NCBI RefSeq assembly: GCF_006345805.1
Contig: NW_021832525.1
Location: forward strand, 1 to 30,440
Direction of reading: 5' to 3'
Source of the DNA: Octopus sinensis
Taxonomy: Eukaryota
DNA: 30,440 nt
Shown here: piece by piece, positions 13,229-23,690 of the stretch
Layout of the letters: every line of letters begins with the position of its first letter
Numbering within the stretch: the first letter of the stretch is position 1
Translations under genes and position numbers: made by a program
The notes under the pieces: generated by a model
What the model was told of the DNA's origin: nothing
The model's input: the letters and a program-made list of their open reading frames with translations, nothing else
Database searches by the model: none

Positions 13229-13395
13229 AAGGCAGCGAGGTTGCAGAATCGTTAGCACGCCGGACAAAATGCTAAGTGACATTTCATCCATCCTTAGGCT
13301 TTGAGTACAAATTCCCTCGTGGTCAACTTTGTCTTGTGTCCTTTGAGCACTAGGGTCGATGAAACCGATTTGCCTTAAAACAAGTAGAAAGCACA
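13229..13395 (+). mobile_element. SINE family B, tandem second copy, more diverged
   Basis: AAGGCAGCGAGGTTGCAGAATCGTTAGCACGCCGGACAAAATGCTAAG..GGGTCGATGAAA aligns with 12998-13213. Confidence 0.75.
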
Positions 13396-13445
13396 ACTGG
13401 AATAACCTCGCAAATTCCCAGCGTTAACCACTCAGTCGTCTAGCT

Positions 13446-14033
13446 AACAATGATTCTATTGTTTTTAAAATAGCAAATAAGGGAGGTGCTATTGGGCAGA
13501 TAAGGGAGCTGAGTATATTTCGGCATGTGAAAAGTTTTAAGTGACAAAACTTCATGTGAAGAATTACCTGTCGATCCAAGCCACAATTATTGAGAGGAAC
13601 TTGACAAAATAATTTTAGAAATGGATGAAAACAATTTCATAAATGAAACTTAATCTAGGATATTGCGATTAGAACAAAGAACACCTGCATTTCGTGGTCT
13701 CCCAAAAATACACAAAAAGCTACAAAAGTTTCCTCCAATGAGCCCAATTTTCAGCGGATAAGAATGTTGCGCCGCCAAAATTTCGGAATGCTAAATGGCG
13801 TTCTACTCTCTGTAGCAATATATTCGAGATAATTTTGATTTTGTGTCCAAACGTAAGAATTTTTCTAAGCACAAAAACAGTGTCGAAGACTGCTTTTTGT
13901 GAACCACGGGTGTTAATCATGGATGTTTCCTACTCCAGTTTTGACTACGATGAGTGGGGTGGTGAAAGTATGTATGAATACCTTTGAAAAACGGTCTAAC
14001 AAAAGTATTCCATCCAACTTTCTCTGTAAATTA
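13446..14033 (+). mobile_element. Old Penelope-like element, reverse transcriptase N-terminal fragment (pseudogenised)
   Basis: Reads NNDSIVFKIANKGGAI (cf. IKPADKGGAV), then TPAFRGLPKIHKKLQKFPPMSPIFSG* from 13681 (cf. the PLE motif TPxFYGLPKIHK..PLRPIVS), then YIRDNFDFV and DCFL*TTGV. Multiple stops. Confidence 0.8.
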
Positions 14034-14132
14034 TTTGTATCTTTTCGGAGAGGCCTTTCACATAGGGTAGACAGACTGTGGACAGTTTATTGGTTTCATC
14101 CTCTCTTTTCTTCATAACTGGAGTGGATAGTA

Positions 14133-15060
14133 CCCATCATCATACAGTGTAAAGAGAAGGATTTCTCAGTGCCTAAAACATCGAGCAAAGAATATAAGTA
14201 GCGATCCTGATACCCACCACGAAGAAATGATCAAACTACGAACAAACTATTAAGCAACAACTACCCAAAAAAACATACTATCCACGCCAATTATGAAGAA
14301 AAGAGAGGATGAAACCTATAAACTGACCACAGTCTGTCTATCCTATGTGAAAGGCCTCTCCGAAAAGATACAAAAGATATGCGGCCCATATGACATCAGG
14401 ATAGTAGTCAAGAGTAATACAACACTTCGCAAATATCTCCTTCGAGTAAAACCACTAATAGAAGAGATTATGACCAAAGACTGCGTGTACTCCATCCCAT
14501 GCCGCCCCCTCAAAATAAGGGTAGATGAACATCGCAAAATAAGGGTAGATGAACATCGAGGAGATATTGATAAATCGGGTATAACTGATCGTGAATGGAA
14601 AAATGGAGACCACCTCCCCCTGTGGGATGAAGTTAAAATAACAGACAGAGAATACCTCTGGAAAATACGAAGACTAAAAGGAGCAGCACATATGCTTGGA
14701 CACAACAACCTCCTAAGCAGACCGGGTGCAGATATGAGTAGCATATGGGAACCGGTATTAAGAAGGATAGGAACATATTAGATTTATAAGCCCTAAAATT
14801 TACTCCATAATTGCCCTCGGGCATATGGCGTAGTGGTTAAGAGCGCGGGCTACTAAGCCCAAAATTCAGGCAGTGACCTGAATAATAATAATAATTATTA
14901 TTATTATTATTATTATAACAATAACAACAACAACAACAACATCGAAAAATACCTTAGAATGAGAACCCAGGTTCGAAATTTCCCCAAGACACTTGATGAG
15001 GACAAATATCCATCAAATATAAAAAATGTACATAATTCCTCATCTCTTAAATTTAGAAAT
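14133..15060 (+). mobile_element. Penelope/Poseidon-type element: RT thumb, GIY-YIG endonuclease remnant and 3' tail
   Basis: SVKRRISQCLKHRAKNISSD..EEMIKL..NNYP precedes ORF 14293..14781 (LSYVKGLSEKIQKIC..SNTTLRKYL..CVYSIPC^RPLKIRVDEHR..WDEVKI..RRLK.A.HM..LLSR..MSSIWEP). The C..Y.GET segment is missing at ^, and a 21-nt tandem duplication encodes KIRVDEHR twice. Confidence 0.9.
14819..14875 (+). other. tRNA-like segment in the 3' tail of the Penelope-type element (not a functional tRNA)
   Basis: A-box-like TGGCGTAGTGGTTAAGAGC and an anticodon-arm-like GGGC-TACTAA-GCCC. No T-arm/B-box follows. Confidence 0.55.
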
Positions 15061-15074
15061 GAATTCTCATTTGG

Positions 15075-15270
15075 TGTATGCGACGAACTGCACCAAACAC
15101 AACTTGATTTATGTTAGTTGCGCAACAGAACAATTAAATAAAAGGTTCAGTGAGTATAAGTATGACATCAAGCAGTAGTTCGAGGAACTTGCGGAACATT
15201 TTACATCAAACAGTTGTAATTTTGAGGAATGCCTCAAAGTGCACATTCTCAGAAAATATTCTGACTCTAC
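15075..15270 (+). mobile_element. Further degraded GIY-YIG endonuclease fragment (Penelope-like)
   Basis: One frame reads NCTKHNLIYVSC^ATEQLNKRFSEYKYDIKQ*FEELAEHFTSNSCNFEECLKVHIL (cf. C.S.NLIY..C..RF.EH..HF). The YIG segment is deleted. Confidence 0.6.
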
Positions 15271-16104
15271 TGAACTTTCAGTCTTCAAAACACATAAGGA
15301 TAAATATATTATGAATAGCTAAAGTCATGTCCTGGAAGAATGAATAAAATAACAACTGAATTTCACCACATTTACACGAAATGGTTTGGCTAAATGTTCT
15401 CTTTCCTGTTTTTTTTTCTCTTTATTTTCTTCTTCTTCATTGTTACCAGTTGTGCAAAAGCGAAAATTAATTACGTCATTTTGTTTAAAAAGAAACGCAG
15501 AATATTCCCGTTCATATTTCAAGTTTCGGCATTTCTACGTTCTTTGCATTTCCCATTTTGAAGAAGACAGATAGTCTGTCGAAATATTATTCAATTCGTC
15601 CAATTCAATAAACAAAGTCTCTCTCTATTTATTACAAATCGCATCTCGCTTTTCTTATGGTTTATTTACCTTCGTGAAGAGTTACGTCAGTCTTCATAAA
15701 TTATTATCATTATGCTTTTAATTTATGAGCTTCATACCAACATTTTTCAGGTCACACTCAGTGCCCTATGGCAAATGATGGTTAATAGATATTTAGATGT
15801 AATTGAAAGTTCAGGGAAGAAAACAGGAACGACCAGTATGGAAATATAGTCATATAATACAACACAACACAAAACATTTAAATTGATAGGGTTTTTCTAA
15901 TGATATGACGATATTTCTCAACTCAGTCTTTTGGATTTCTTTAAAAGATGGGTCTCCTGGGATGTTATCGCGTAATCATTATCAGTATAGTCATTATTAT
16001 CTTTAATCTGAGTAAAGGCTTTTTAACTAACGAATGGAAGGTCTCAAAAGTACTAACTTCACATTATTATTATTATTATTATTATTATCAATCCAAAGTA
16101 TAAA

Positions 16105-16262
16105 AATGAGCAATCAGAAGTGTTAGAGTAACGGGAGGGATTCTTTGCGGTATATTTTCCGACTCTACGTTTTAAGTTCAAATTCTGCCGAGCTCAGGTT
16201 TCCTTTAATCTTTTCGGGATCGATAAAATAAAATTCTAGTCAAGTCGTGGGGTCAATGATAT
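16105..16262 (+). mobile_element. SINE family B, diverged copy
   Basis: ..CTACGTTTTAAGTTCAAATTCTGCCGAG..CTTTTCGGGATCGATAAAATAAA..TGGGGTCAATG. Confidence 0.65.
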
Positions 16263-16617
16263 TTAAAATTATTAAAAAATATTTCTAGAGTTTCATTGAA
16301 GTTGTATTCGAGGACAGTTGGGAAAATGTATGTTGCATGACAACGCTATGATTGTGATTGGTTTGGAAAGACTGCGATCGGCTGCTGAAATATTTATATT
16401 CTTTGTTTTCTATATTTACAGTGTAAAGTGACATGATTTATGTAATATTTCTTAAGCCCTATATATATAATCATATAAACAGTGGATTAAACATATAGAT
16501 AGATAGATATATAGATATACAAACACATATGAGTGTGTATGCATATATATATATATACATATATATGTATATGTATATATTCGTATATATGTATACGAAT
16601 ATATACATACGTGTGTG

Positions 16618-16666
<49 letters not shown>

Positions 16667-16806
16667 CGTGCGTGCGTAGTGGATTAACTTTTCTGATGTA
16701 TTAAATAATTATGTTAACAATGGTACATAACATTTTGAAAGTTCTTTTGTGATTATTTGGATGGAAAACAAAAGATTCTTTAGAAAAATCAGAGTCATTG
16801 AATATT

Positions 16807-17007
16807 AAATCATTATAATTCCTTTCGTTGCAGAAGCCATTAGAAATTACGATACCAACTTCTCTAAGAATTTTCCTCATCAGAAATACACATTATTTTC
16901 ATGCAAAAAAAGTGTATTCTGTCTTAAAATAATAGTGTCTGGATTAAAAACATTCGAACGCCTTTCGATGTTAGTTTGTAAAGTAGAACATTTGTTGAGA
17001 TAACAGA
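16807..17007 (+). repeat. About 200-bp repeat, inverted partner of 20599-20799
   Basis: Manual alignment with the reverse complement of 20599-20799 shows 5 substitutions and 2 single-base indels over about 201 bp. Confidence 0.95.
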
Positions 17008-18205
17008 TACCGTAAGGTTTTTATATACTAAATTCTTTCTATACTGTGTTAGTCTTGCTGGTTTATACCGTGATGAAATATTATCAGTTCTCACACAATT
17101 ATAAGCACTGAAAAAAACGAAACATTTAGAATAGATTTCCTTAATTTTTTCAACATCAGTTCAATTTAATCGTAACTGTTTAGTAACCTCAGTGTAGTAG
17201 ATTATTTCAACGTTATACTTTATCTTAATAACTTAATCTTATAACTGCAGTTCAGAAACCTAATGAAACACTACATTATATTAATATAACCCTCCAAAAA
17301 TACTTCATGCAGTCTTATTAAAAGATCGTCTGTACATATCTCCCAATTTCTCTAATGAGACTATTTTCTAAATATTACAACGATGTCTTAAAACGTAGCA
17401 GTTTCACGGGTAAAATTAAGTAAGTATATTACAAGATAGAAATAATTGTATATTATATTGCGAATAGAAATAATTTTAGATATAGAAAAATAGTATGGTT
17501 AATCCTTCACCCAATCTCCTTCATTGCCAAAAGTTTGGTTGTTTTCAATCCTTACACAAACATTTCTACCTTACCATAAATATTATAGGCTTATTGCCAA
17601 AAGCATATGTCCACCTAACTTGGATAACCATATCTAATATATACGGACTTAGATTATACGATTTAGCTGTTACTCAACAGTCTACATATTGTAAGTGTAC
17701 TAAGAAAGATGAATGTTTCCTTGAAATTTTATGCACCACAAAAGGTATTATTTACCATGTCACTGCGAAAACTAATGTTGTTTCCAAATATCATATTGAA
17801 TTGATATCAGATTGATTTAAAACTCGATATACTCAACATTGTCATTCATTCCATAACCAAATTTGAGCATTAGCACGAGTTTATTCAATTTTGCCTCAAT
17901 TCTTAAAAATAATTATATTACCTTAGATACTAAATGGAAGTTATTTTGCGTTGCCATGCCATACAGACAGTCAAATAAACCATGCACATTCTTTATCTCA
18001 GAATCCTATGAAGCATTTTTCTCTAAAGTCCCTCTGCTTAATAAACAATCTGAAATAATTCCCACCTGCATTCACAGAAATATAGAACACTGATTTTTTT
18101 TTAGATCAGTCGTCAGATAGCATATAATATAAAGTGCTAGGTAAGTTCTCCTGTGGCGTGGAACGAATTATTGACACATTAATATAATGACTAGTTAAGC
18201 CTTGT

Positions 18206-18216
18206 TTTATTTTATT
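18206..18216 (-). promoter_or_regulatory. Candidate polyadenylation signals (overlapping AATAAA pair) of the receptor gene
   Basis: The minus strand reads AATAAAATAAA, about 300 nt after the putative stop codon. The context is AT-rich, so a chance match is possible. Confidence 0.35.
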
Positions 18217-18516
18217 TCGTTATATTTCAGTATTTTTATATTTTTATGTAAAAGAACACGCTATACTGACTGTTAACAAATCCAAATATGATTGTCTCTG
18301 AATAACTTGAGTAAAAGAATTATATTATTATAATATTATAATTCTTTTACTTGAATTATTTTCCGATTTTTCTAAATATATTTTTTTCTTTTCCCGCAAA
18401 ATAGTCACAAAATCTTTTAAACTGCCATGCACAGTTATTAAAGACGTCAAGAAATTTAATCGGTTATATGTCTCTTTTTGTGTGTTTGACAAGTATTATA
18501 TAAGGCTTTTATCTCT

Positions 18517-18636
18517 TTACATTGTGTGCTTATAAAACCAAACAATAAATAACATTGACCAGCCTCCAAAAACTATTAAATATAAATATTCAGTCGAATG
18601 AACGTAGTCTTCCCAAAACAGCTCATAATATTCATT
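18517..18636 (-). CDS. Probable terminal coding exon (MA helix end plus M4) of a Cys-loop/nAChR-like subunit
   Basis: After TTGCAG it reads NEYYELFWEDYVHSTEYLYLIVFGGWSMLFIVWFYKHTM*. This parallels the W..VA..(D/E)-hydrophobic-M4 pattern of Cys-loop C-termini. It is phase 0, compatible with the donor at 22744. The frame is open up to 18678, so the acceptor is uncertain (a GAG at 18677, phase 1, is an alternative). Confidence 0.6.
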   Translation of the reverse strand, partial: NEYYELFWEDYVHSTEYLYLIVFGGWSMLFIVWFYKHTM

Positions 18637-18814
18637 CTGCAATCCGACATTGAATTTCTTGCCGTTTTCAAATGCATCTCAAATAAAAATTACATTAATA
18701 TTTTCAAGAGATATTTGGAGGAACATTATAGAGGATATGATTCGCCACGCGTACATCGACGCTATGAATTGACTGTTTTAACCAGATAGTAATAATCTTT
18801 TTCTAATTTTTGCA

Positions 18815-18985
18815 CAGAGCCAGCAGATTTAGGGGATGGAGTTAATGGATTACATTGACCCCCGGCGCTCACGGTACTTATTATAAAATAAGTACCAGAA
18901 AGAATGAAAGGTAAAGTCGACCTCGGCTGAACTTGAACTTAGAATGTCAAGAGTCGGAAGAAATGTTGTTAAGCATTTTATCCGA
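18815..18985 (-). mobile_element. SINE family B, minus-strand copy
   Basis: Reverse complement contains AAATGCTTAACAACATTTCTTCCGACTC..TCAAGTTCAGCCGAGGTCGACTTTACCTTTCATTC..GGGGTCAATGTAATC. Confidence 0.7.
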
Positions 18986-19084
18986 CGTGTTATTAATTCC
19001 ACCATGTATATGAATTGATAGGATCTTCCATGCATTCGCTGATTGTTTTATATTTATGTATAGTTGCTAACAGACTACCTCTTG

Positions 19085-19260
19085 GCCATCCCCTCCTTGA
19101 CCTAACAGAATCTCCAGCATGTGACACGCGGAAGAAATGAGAACTGCACAGCAGCAGTCGTCGGGTTCTCATTTTGGCTGAATAGATTGGGACAACGTGT
19201 AAAAAAAGTGCCTTGCTCAAAGACACATTACGCCTCCCGGACCAGGAAACAAAACCACAA
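19085..19260 (-). mobile_element. SINE-like fragment of a third family
   Basis: The minus strand shows a B-box-like region followed by TGTGTCTTTGAGCAAGGCACTT, a motif typical just downstream of tRNA-derived SINE heads. No second copy in the window. Confidence 0.4.
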
Positions 19261-19599
19261 CTTTAATCAAAACAAACTATAAATATTTCCGGCTAATACA
19301 TTATTGATATAGATGGTTTTCAATAATTTCCTACATCATCATATGTGTGGACTTGTTTTTAGCTTTGAAGCACAACCCCTAAAATACTTTAACAACCGAT
19401 TTCGTATGCATGTATACACCTTCACCTGAGTTACAGAAAATCTTCTCGAATATCTTTAACAAATAAAGTCAGAACTTTAGCATAAGAAAACAGCTCTGGT
19501 TAATTCCCACTATAACATCAAACTGTGAAGAAATAAAGCTTATCTGCGTAACTTGGACCCTCATAGCAGTGTGTAGGAACTTATGATATGTGAAATTTT

Positions 19600-19925
19600 A
19601 CGGATTCTAAACCTTTAGATTATCTGCCATAGGTCTGACCAGTTTACTGTTCCAAATACCTTCATGAAACCAACGAAGACAGCATATAATGCATTGTCCT
19701 TTTGTTTCACTCCACGCAATTCTCATACTTTTTTGTGCCTTCTAAAAGTCCGGACCCGCATTGTTTTAGCTCGAACAACTGTGATTCTTTCATTGTGTCT
19801 GTTGAGTAATAACTACCCTTACGAAGATCTTCCCGACTGTAGCAAGGAGAGACAAGCTTGATAATTCCGTTATTAATTCCTATTGTCTTTCTTTAATATA
19901 AGGGTGATGTTAGGTTCCTTTGAGT
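19600..19925 (-). mobile_element. Degraded RTE/BovB-like LINE reverse transcriptase fragment
   Basis: Frame-shifted reading gives ..LSLLATVGKIFVRVV.., ELKQCG.., ENCVE*NK.. and ALYAVFVGFMKVFGTVNWSDLWQII (cf. GISLLS..GKI.ARI; QCGFR; LY..FVD..KAFD.V....LW). Confidence 0.75.
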
Positions 19926-19983
19926 TCTATGGAATATCAATAGCCTCCTATAGTTCTACTTGATGGAGACCTCTACACTCAAG

Positions 19984-20202
19984 TACGAGGTGGATGCTGA
20001 AAAGTTCCTAACTTTGGGTAAAATAAAATAAAGGAGGATCACTTAATTATGATTTCATTCAATATATTCCCCTCAGATTCACACTCTTATTTCAGCGATC
20101 CTTCAGTTTTTCCAAGTTTTGTAAAAGAACTCGGAAGGTTTGGTCTCCAACCAGGCCTTTAGCGATACGCTTAAAGTCAGGACCTTTTCAGCACCCCCTT
20201 AT
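19984..20202 (+). mobile_element. Mariner-type MITE (about 220 bp), copy 1
   Basis: Terminal inverted repeats TACGAGG..GCTGAAAAGTTCC / GGACCTTTTCAGCACCCCCTTA with TA ends. Homologous to 21911-22101 and 28776-28992. Confidence 0.85.
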
Positions 20203-20598
20203 ATTTGTCCTTCTAAAGTCATCTGGTGTCTTAACTCCACCGAATTTAACAGAGCTTAAACGTATGCTAGGATACCTGGGAACATTTTTACCAACATTGC
20301 TTACGTTTCCCTGACAGTGGATTAAGACATCCTTGCAAGCAAATCAGTTTTGATGTTTCCTTTTGGTTTACCAAGCACAACATTATCTGTGTTATACATT
20401 GTGGTACGAAACAAGAACCCTTTTGCATTCTGCTACTTAATCAAGGTGACATAACATCTCCTCCTTTTCTAACAAAAATCAAACTCATCATATAGTCTCG
20501 AATAGTAGTTGGTGTTTGGTTTATTTTTGGTGATAATGCTGTTCACAAGTTTCTACTAGTTTCCCCAAGCCAAAATCATATCTGTGATACTGCCATAT

Positions 20599-20799
20599 TC
20601 TGTTATCTCAACAAATGTCCTACTTTACAAACTAACATCGAAAGGCGTTCGAATGTTTTTAATCCAGACACTATTATTTTAAGACAAAATACACTTTTTT
20701 GCATGAAAAATAATGTGTATTTCTGATGAGAAAAACTCTTAGAAAAGTTGGTATCGTAATTTCTAATGGCTTCTGCAACGAAAGGAATTATAATGATTT
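20599..20799 (-). repeat. About 200-bp repeat, inverted partner of 16807-17007
   Basis: About 96% identical to the reverse complement of 16807-17007 by manual alignment. Confidence 0.95.
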
Positions 20800-21910
20800 T
20801 TCTAAATATTGACGCTGGATCTTTTCAACTGCAATGTTCCGAGCGCAATGTGCCTCTCTGACTAGTCATTCATTTCTCTGTACGTGCAATGTTCTAGCAT
20901 TCTAAGTCAGGATCAAACAGAAGTTTAAAATTTTTTTGTATCTTAGCGAATTTATCGCTGCTGCTCGGAGCTAGAGGAAGCCAGCGCAACACCTGATAAT
21001 CTGGGGGGCGATTGATTCAATTTACATTTGATTTTTACAGGACTTATTCGAAATATTTAAAAATGAAAAAAACTTTTTCAAGACTAGTAGGAATGTATTG
21101 GTGAACTGAGGTATGATAGACAGAGTATTCTATAGCTACTGCCGCAAATGCCAGGTAGTTGTTCACAGTATGACATGCCTTCACCTAACTGAGACGCTTC
21201 TGCGTAGGACCTACATGCTATTGAAATATACATGTACAATAGAGGGACATGTACATTGCATAAATATCTAACTATGTAATTAAACATTTGTATGCATGCA
21301 GTATGTGTGTGTGAGTGTCTGTGTGTGTGGGTGTGAGTGTCTGTGTATGTAGGTGTGAGCGTGTGTACATGTGTGTCATATATATTCATATTAATCCTAG
21401 GCGCAGTAGCAGCCACCGATGAGAATTAAGATGCTGTGCATCAAAATTCAAAATTACCGGTGATCTAGCAATGTCCGCTAGGGAGCTTGTCTCTCTTGTC
21501 AGTCATTAAGATAGTGGCTACGGAAGTGGCGGTTTTTCATCGTCGCAAACGAGCGCGACACCCCCACGCCAAACTTCATATTTCTAGCAATGCTGGTACT
21601 AGTTAGTACCCTCTGTCACTTTAGTGACGTCTATAAATTTGCCTTTAGGTTATTAAATTACATATGTGTGTGTATGTATGTATGTATGTATGTATGTATG
21701 TATGTATGTATGTATGTATGATGTAAGCATGTATATTTGCATTTATAGATAGATAAGTAGATAGTAAGCAGGTAGGTCGGTAGATAGGTAGGTAGGAATG
21801 TGGTTAGGTAGAGGACGTGAAATATATATATTATTGCTTGCGGGGACGATAGTAGATCTCGAAGTAGTTTTCTTATCCGAACGTTTTTTTTCTACCCAAT
21901 ATTTATATAT

Positions 21911-22099
21911 GTGCTTCCAAGTTCCTGGCTTTAAAGGTGTCGCGAAAAGCTTGGTTTTCCGAGTTCTTTTACAAAGCTTAGAAAAACTGAAGGACTACTG
22001 TAACAAGTGTGTGAATCTCAGAGGGGAACATGTTCAAAAAATCATAATTAAAGGATCTTCTTGTATTTTGTTTTACACAAATCCAGGAACTTTTCAGTG

Positions 22100-22101
<2 letters not shown>
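21911..22101 (-). mobile_element. Mariner-type MITE, copy 2 (opposite orientation)
   Basis: Reverse complement reads CTGAAAAGTTCCTGG..AATTATGATTTT..TTCCCCTCTGAGATTCACACACTT..TGTAAAAGAACTCGGAA..AAAGCCAGGAACTT. Confidence 0.85.
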
Positions 22102-22545
<444 letters not shown>

Positions 22546-22743
22546 AGACACAAATATGGAAATACAAACACGTACATATGCACATTTATCCATACACATA
22601 TACATATATACATCAAGGCATACACCTATTTTATAGATGTATACGTACATATATACACCTACAATAAAAATCAAAATAGTCGACACCTGAATGCAACACA
22701 TAATAATAATAAAAACGATAGAAAAAAAGAAAAAAATTAGTAC

Positions 22744-22934
22744 CTGTGAAATGGTATATACCATTTTATTATTAACTGGGTAGCAGAGAAGTTTTGCCAA
22801 ACATTCCAAAAATAAGAACCGTATCCAGCTAGGCAGCCGTTTACTTCTTTCGCCGCTGTAGAATATATTCATGACAATCACAGACATTGAACAGCAGAGA
22901 CCGACAAATACCATGTTGGCAATGAAGAAGAAAC
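22744..22934 (-). CDS. Internal exon encoding M3 and the MX helix of a Cys-loop ligand-gated ion channel (nicotinic acetylcholine receptor-like subunit)
   Basis: Acceptor CCTCTCCCTCTTCCAG|GT and donor CAG|GTACTA. The exon is 191 nt (2 nt + 63 codons): (G)FFFIANMVFVGLCCSMSVIVMNIFYSGERSKRLPSWIRFLFLECLAKLLCYPVNNKMVYTISQ. It matches the nAChR M3/post-M3 pattern (VMNI..G....P.W.R..L). The phase-1 intron inside the Gly of the VPLIG-type linker is a known nAChR intron position. Confidence 0.9.
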
Positions 22935-23240
22935 CTGGAAGAGGGAGAGGAATATCGAAGGAAAATTAGGTGAGAAACTGTAAACGCCTGTGTAAGTGTA
23001 GGTGTGTATATATATGTGTCTGGATGTATATATTTATGTGTGTGTATGTGTGTGACTGATGCGTGTGTGTGTGAGTGCGTGTTTTTATATAGTCAGATTT
23101 TTTTTGTCGATTTTACTACACATACACACACGAATATATGTGTGTGAATATATATGCGTGTGTATGTGTGAATATCTATATATATATACATAATATATAT
23201 ATGTATATATATATATACATAATATATATATGTGTATATA

Positions 23241-23289
<49 letters not shown>

Positions 23290-23645
23290 GTATATATATA
23301 CATAATATAATATAATATATATATATATTACATGTGTTTCAATATGCACATAGATAAACAAACAAATATATATGATCTATATACACGTATATATTTTGTC
23401 TCACTCCCTCACTTCTCTCTTCTTGTGATTCCCTGTCACTCTGCGTGTATATATATATACATGTGTACATGATAAAGGTAGATGCTCAAGATGCAAATAA
23501 TTAAGCAAAATCCAAATATGAATGAGTTCGCGTGATGGAAACAGTACACAACAATGACGTTGTTAGCAAACATATAAACTTCCTAGAACATGCACAAAGA
23601 CATAGGACGTAGATTGAGAAACAATACCGAAGCCATATATATGAG

Positions 23646-23690
<45 letters not shown>

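Noticed and set aside
13720-13920. Minus-strand ORF with a faint LINE RT-like FVLRKIL
   Set aside because: The opposite strand carries clear Penelope RT motifs (GLPKIHK), which explain the region better.
14819-14875. Functional tRNA gene
   Set aside because: No T-arm or acceptor stem can be formed, and it is embedded in a retroelement tail. SINE heads elsewhere are likewise tRNA-derived only.
20723-20745. CTGATGA in the 200-bp inverted repeat as a hammerhead
   Set aside because: No stem II closing directly onto a GAAA, and no stem I or III.
21084-21416. Minus-strand ORF or possible intermediate loop exon of the receptor
   Set aside because: No acceptor/donor pair gives a convincing open exon of compatible phase, there is no recognisable homology, and part of it is a (CA)n tract.
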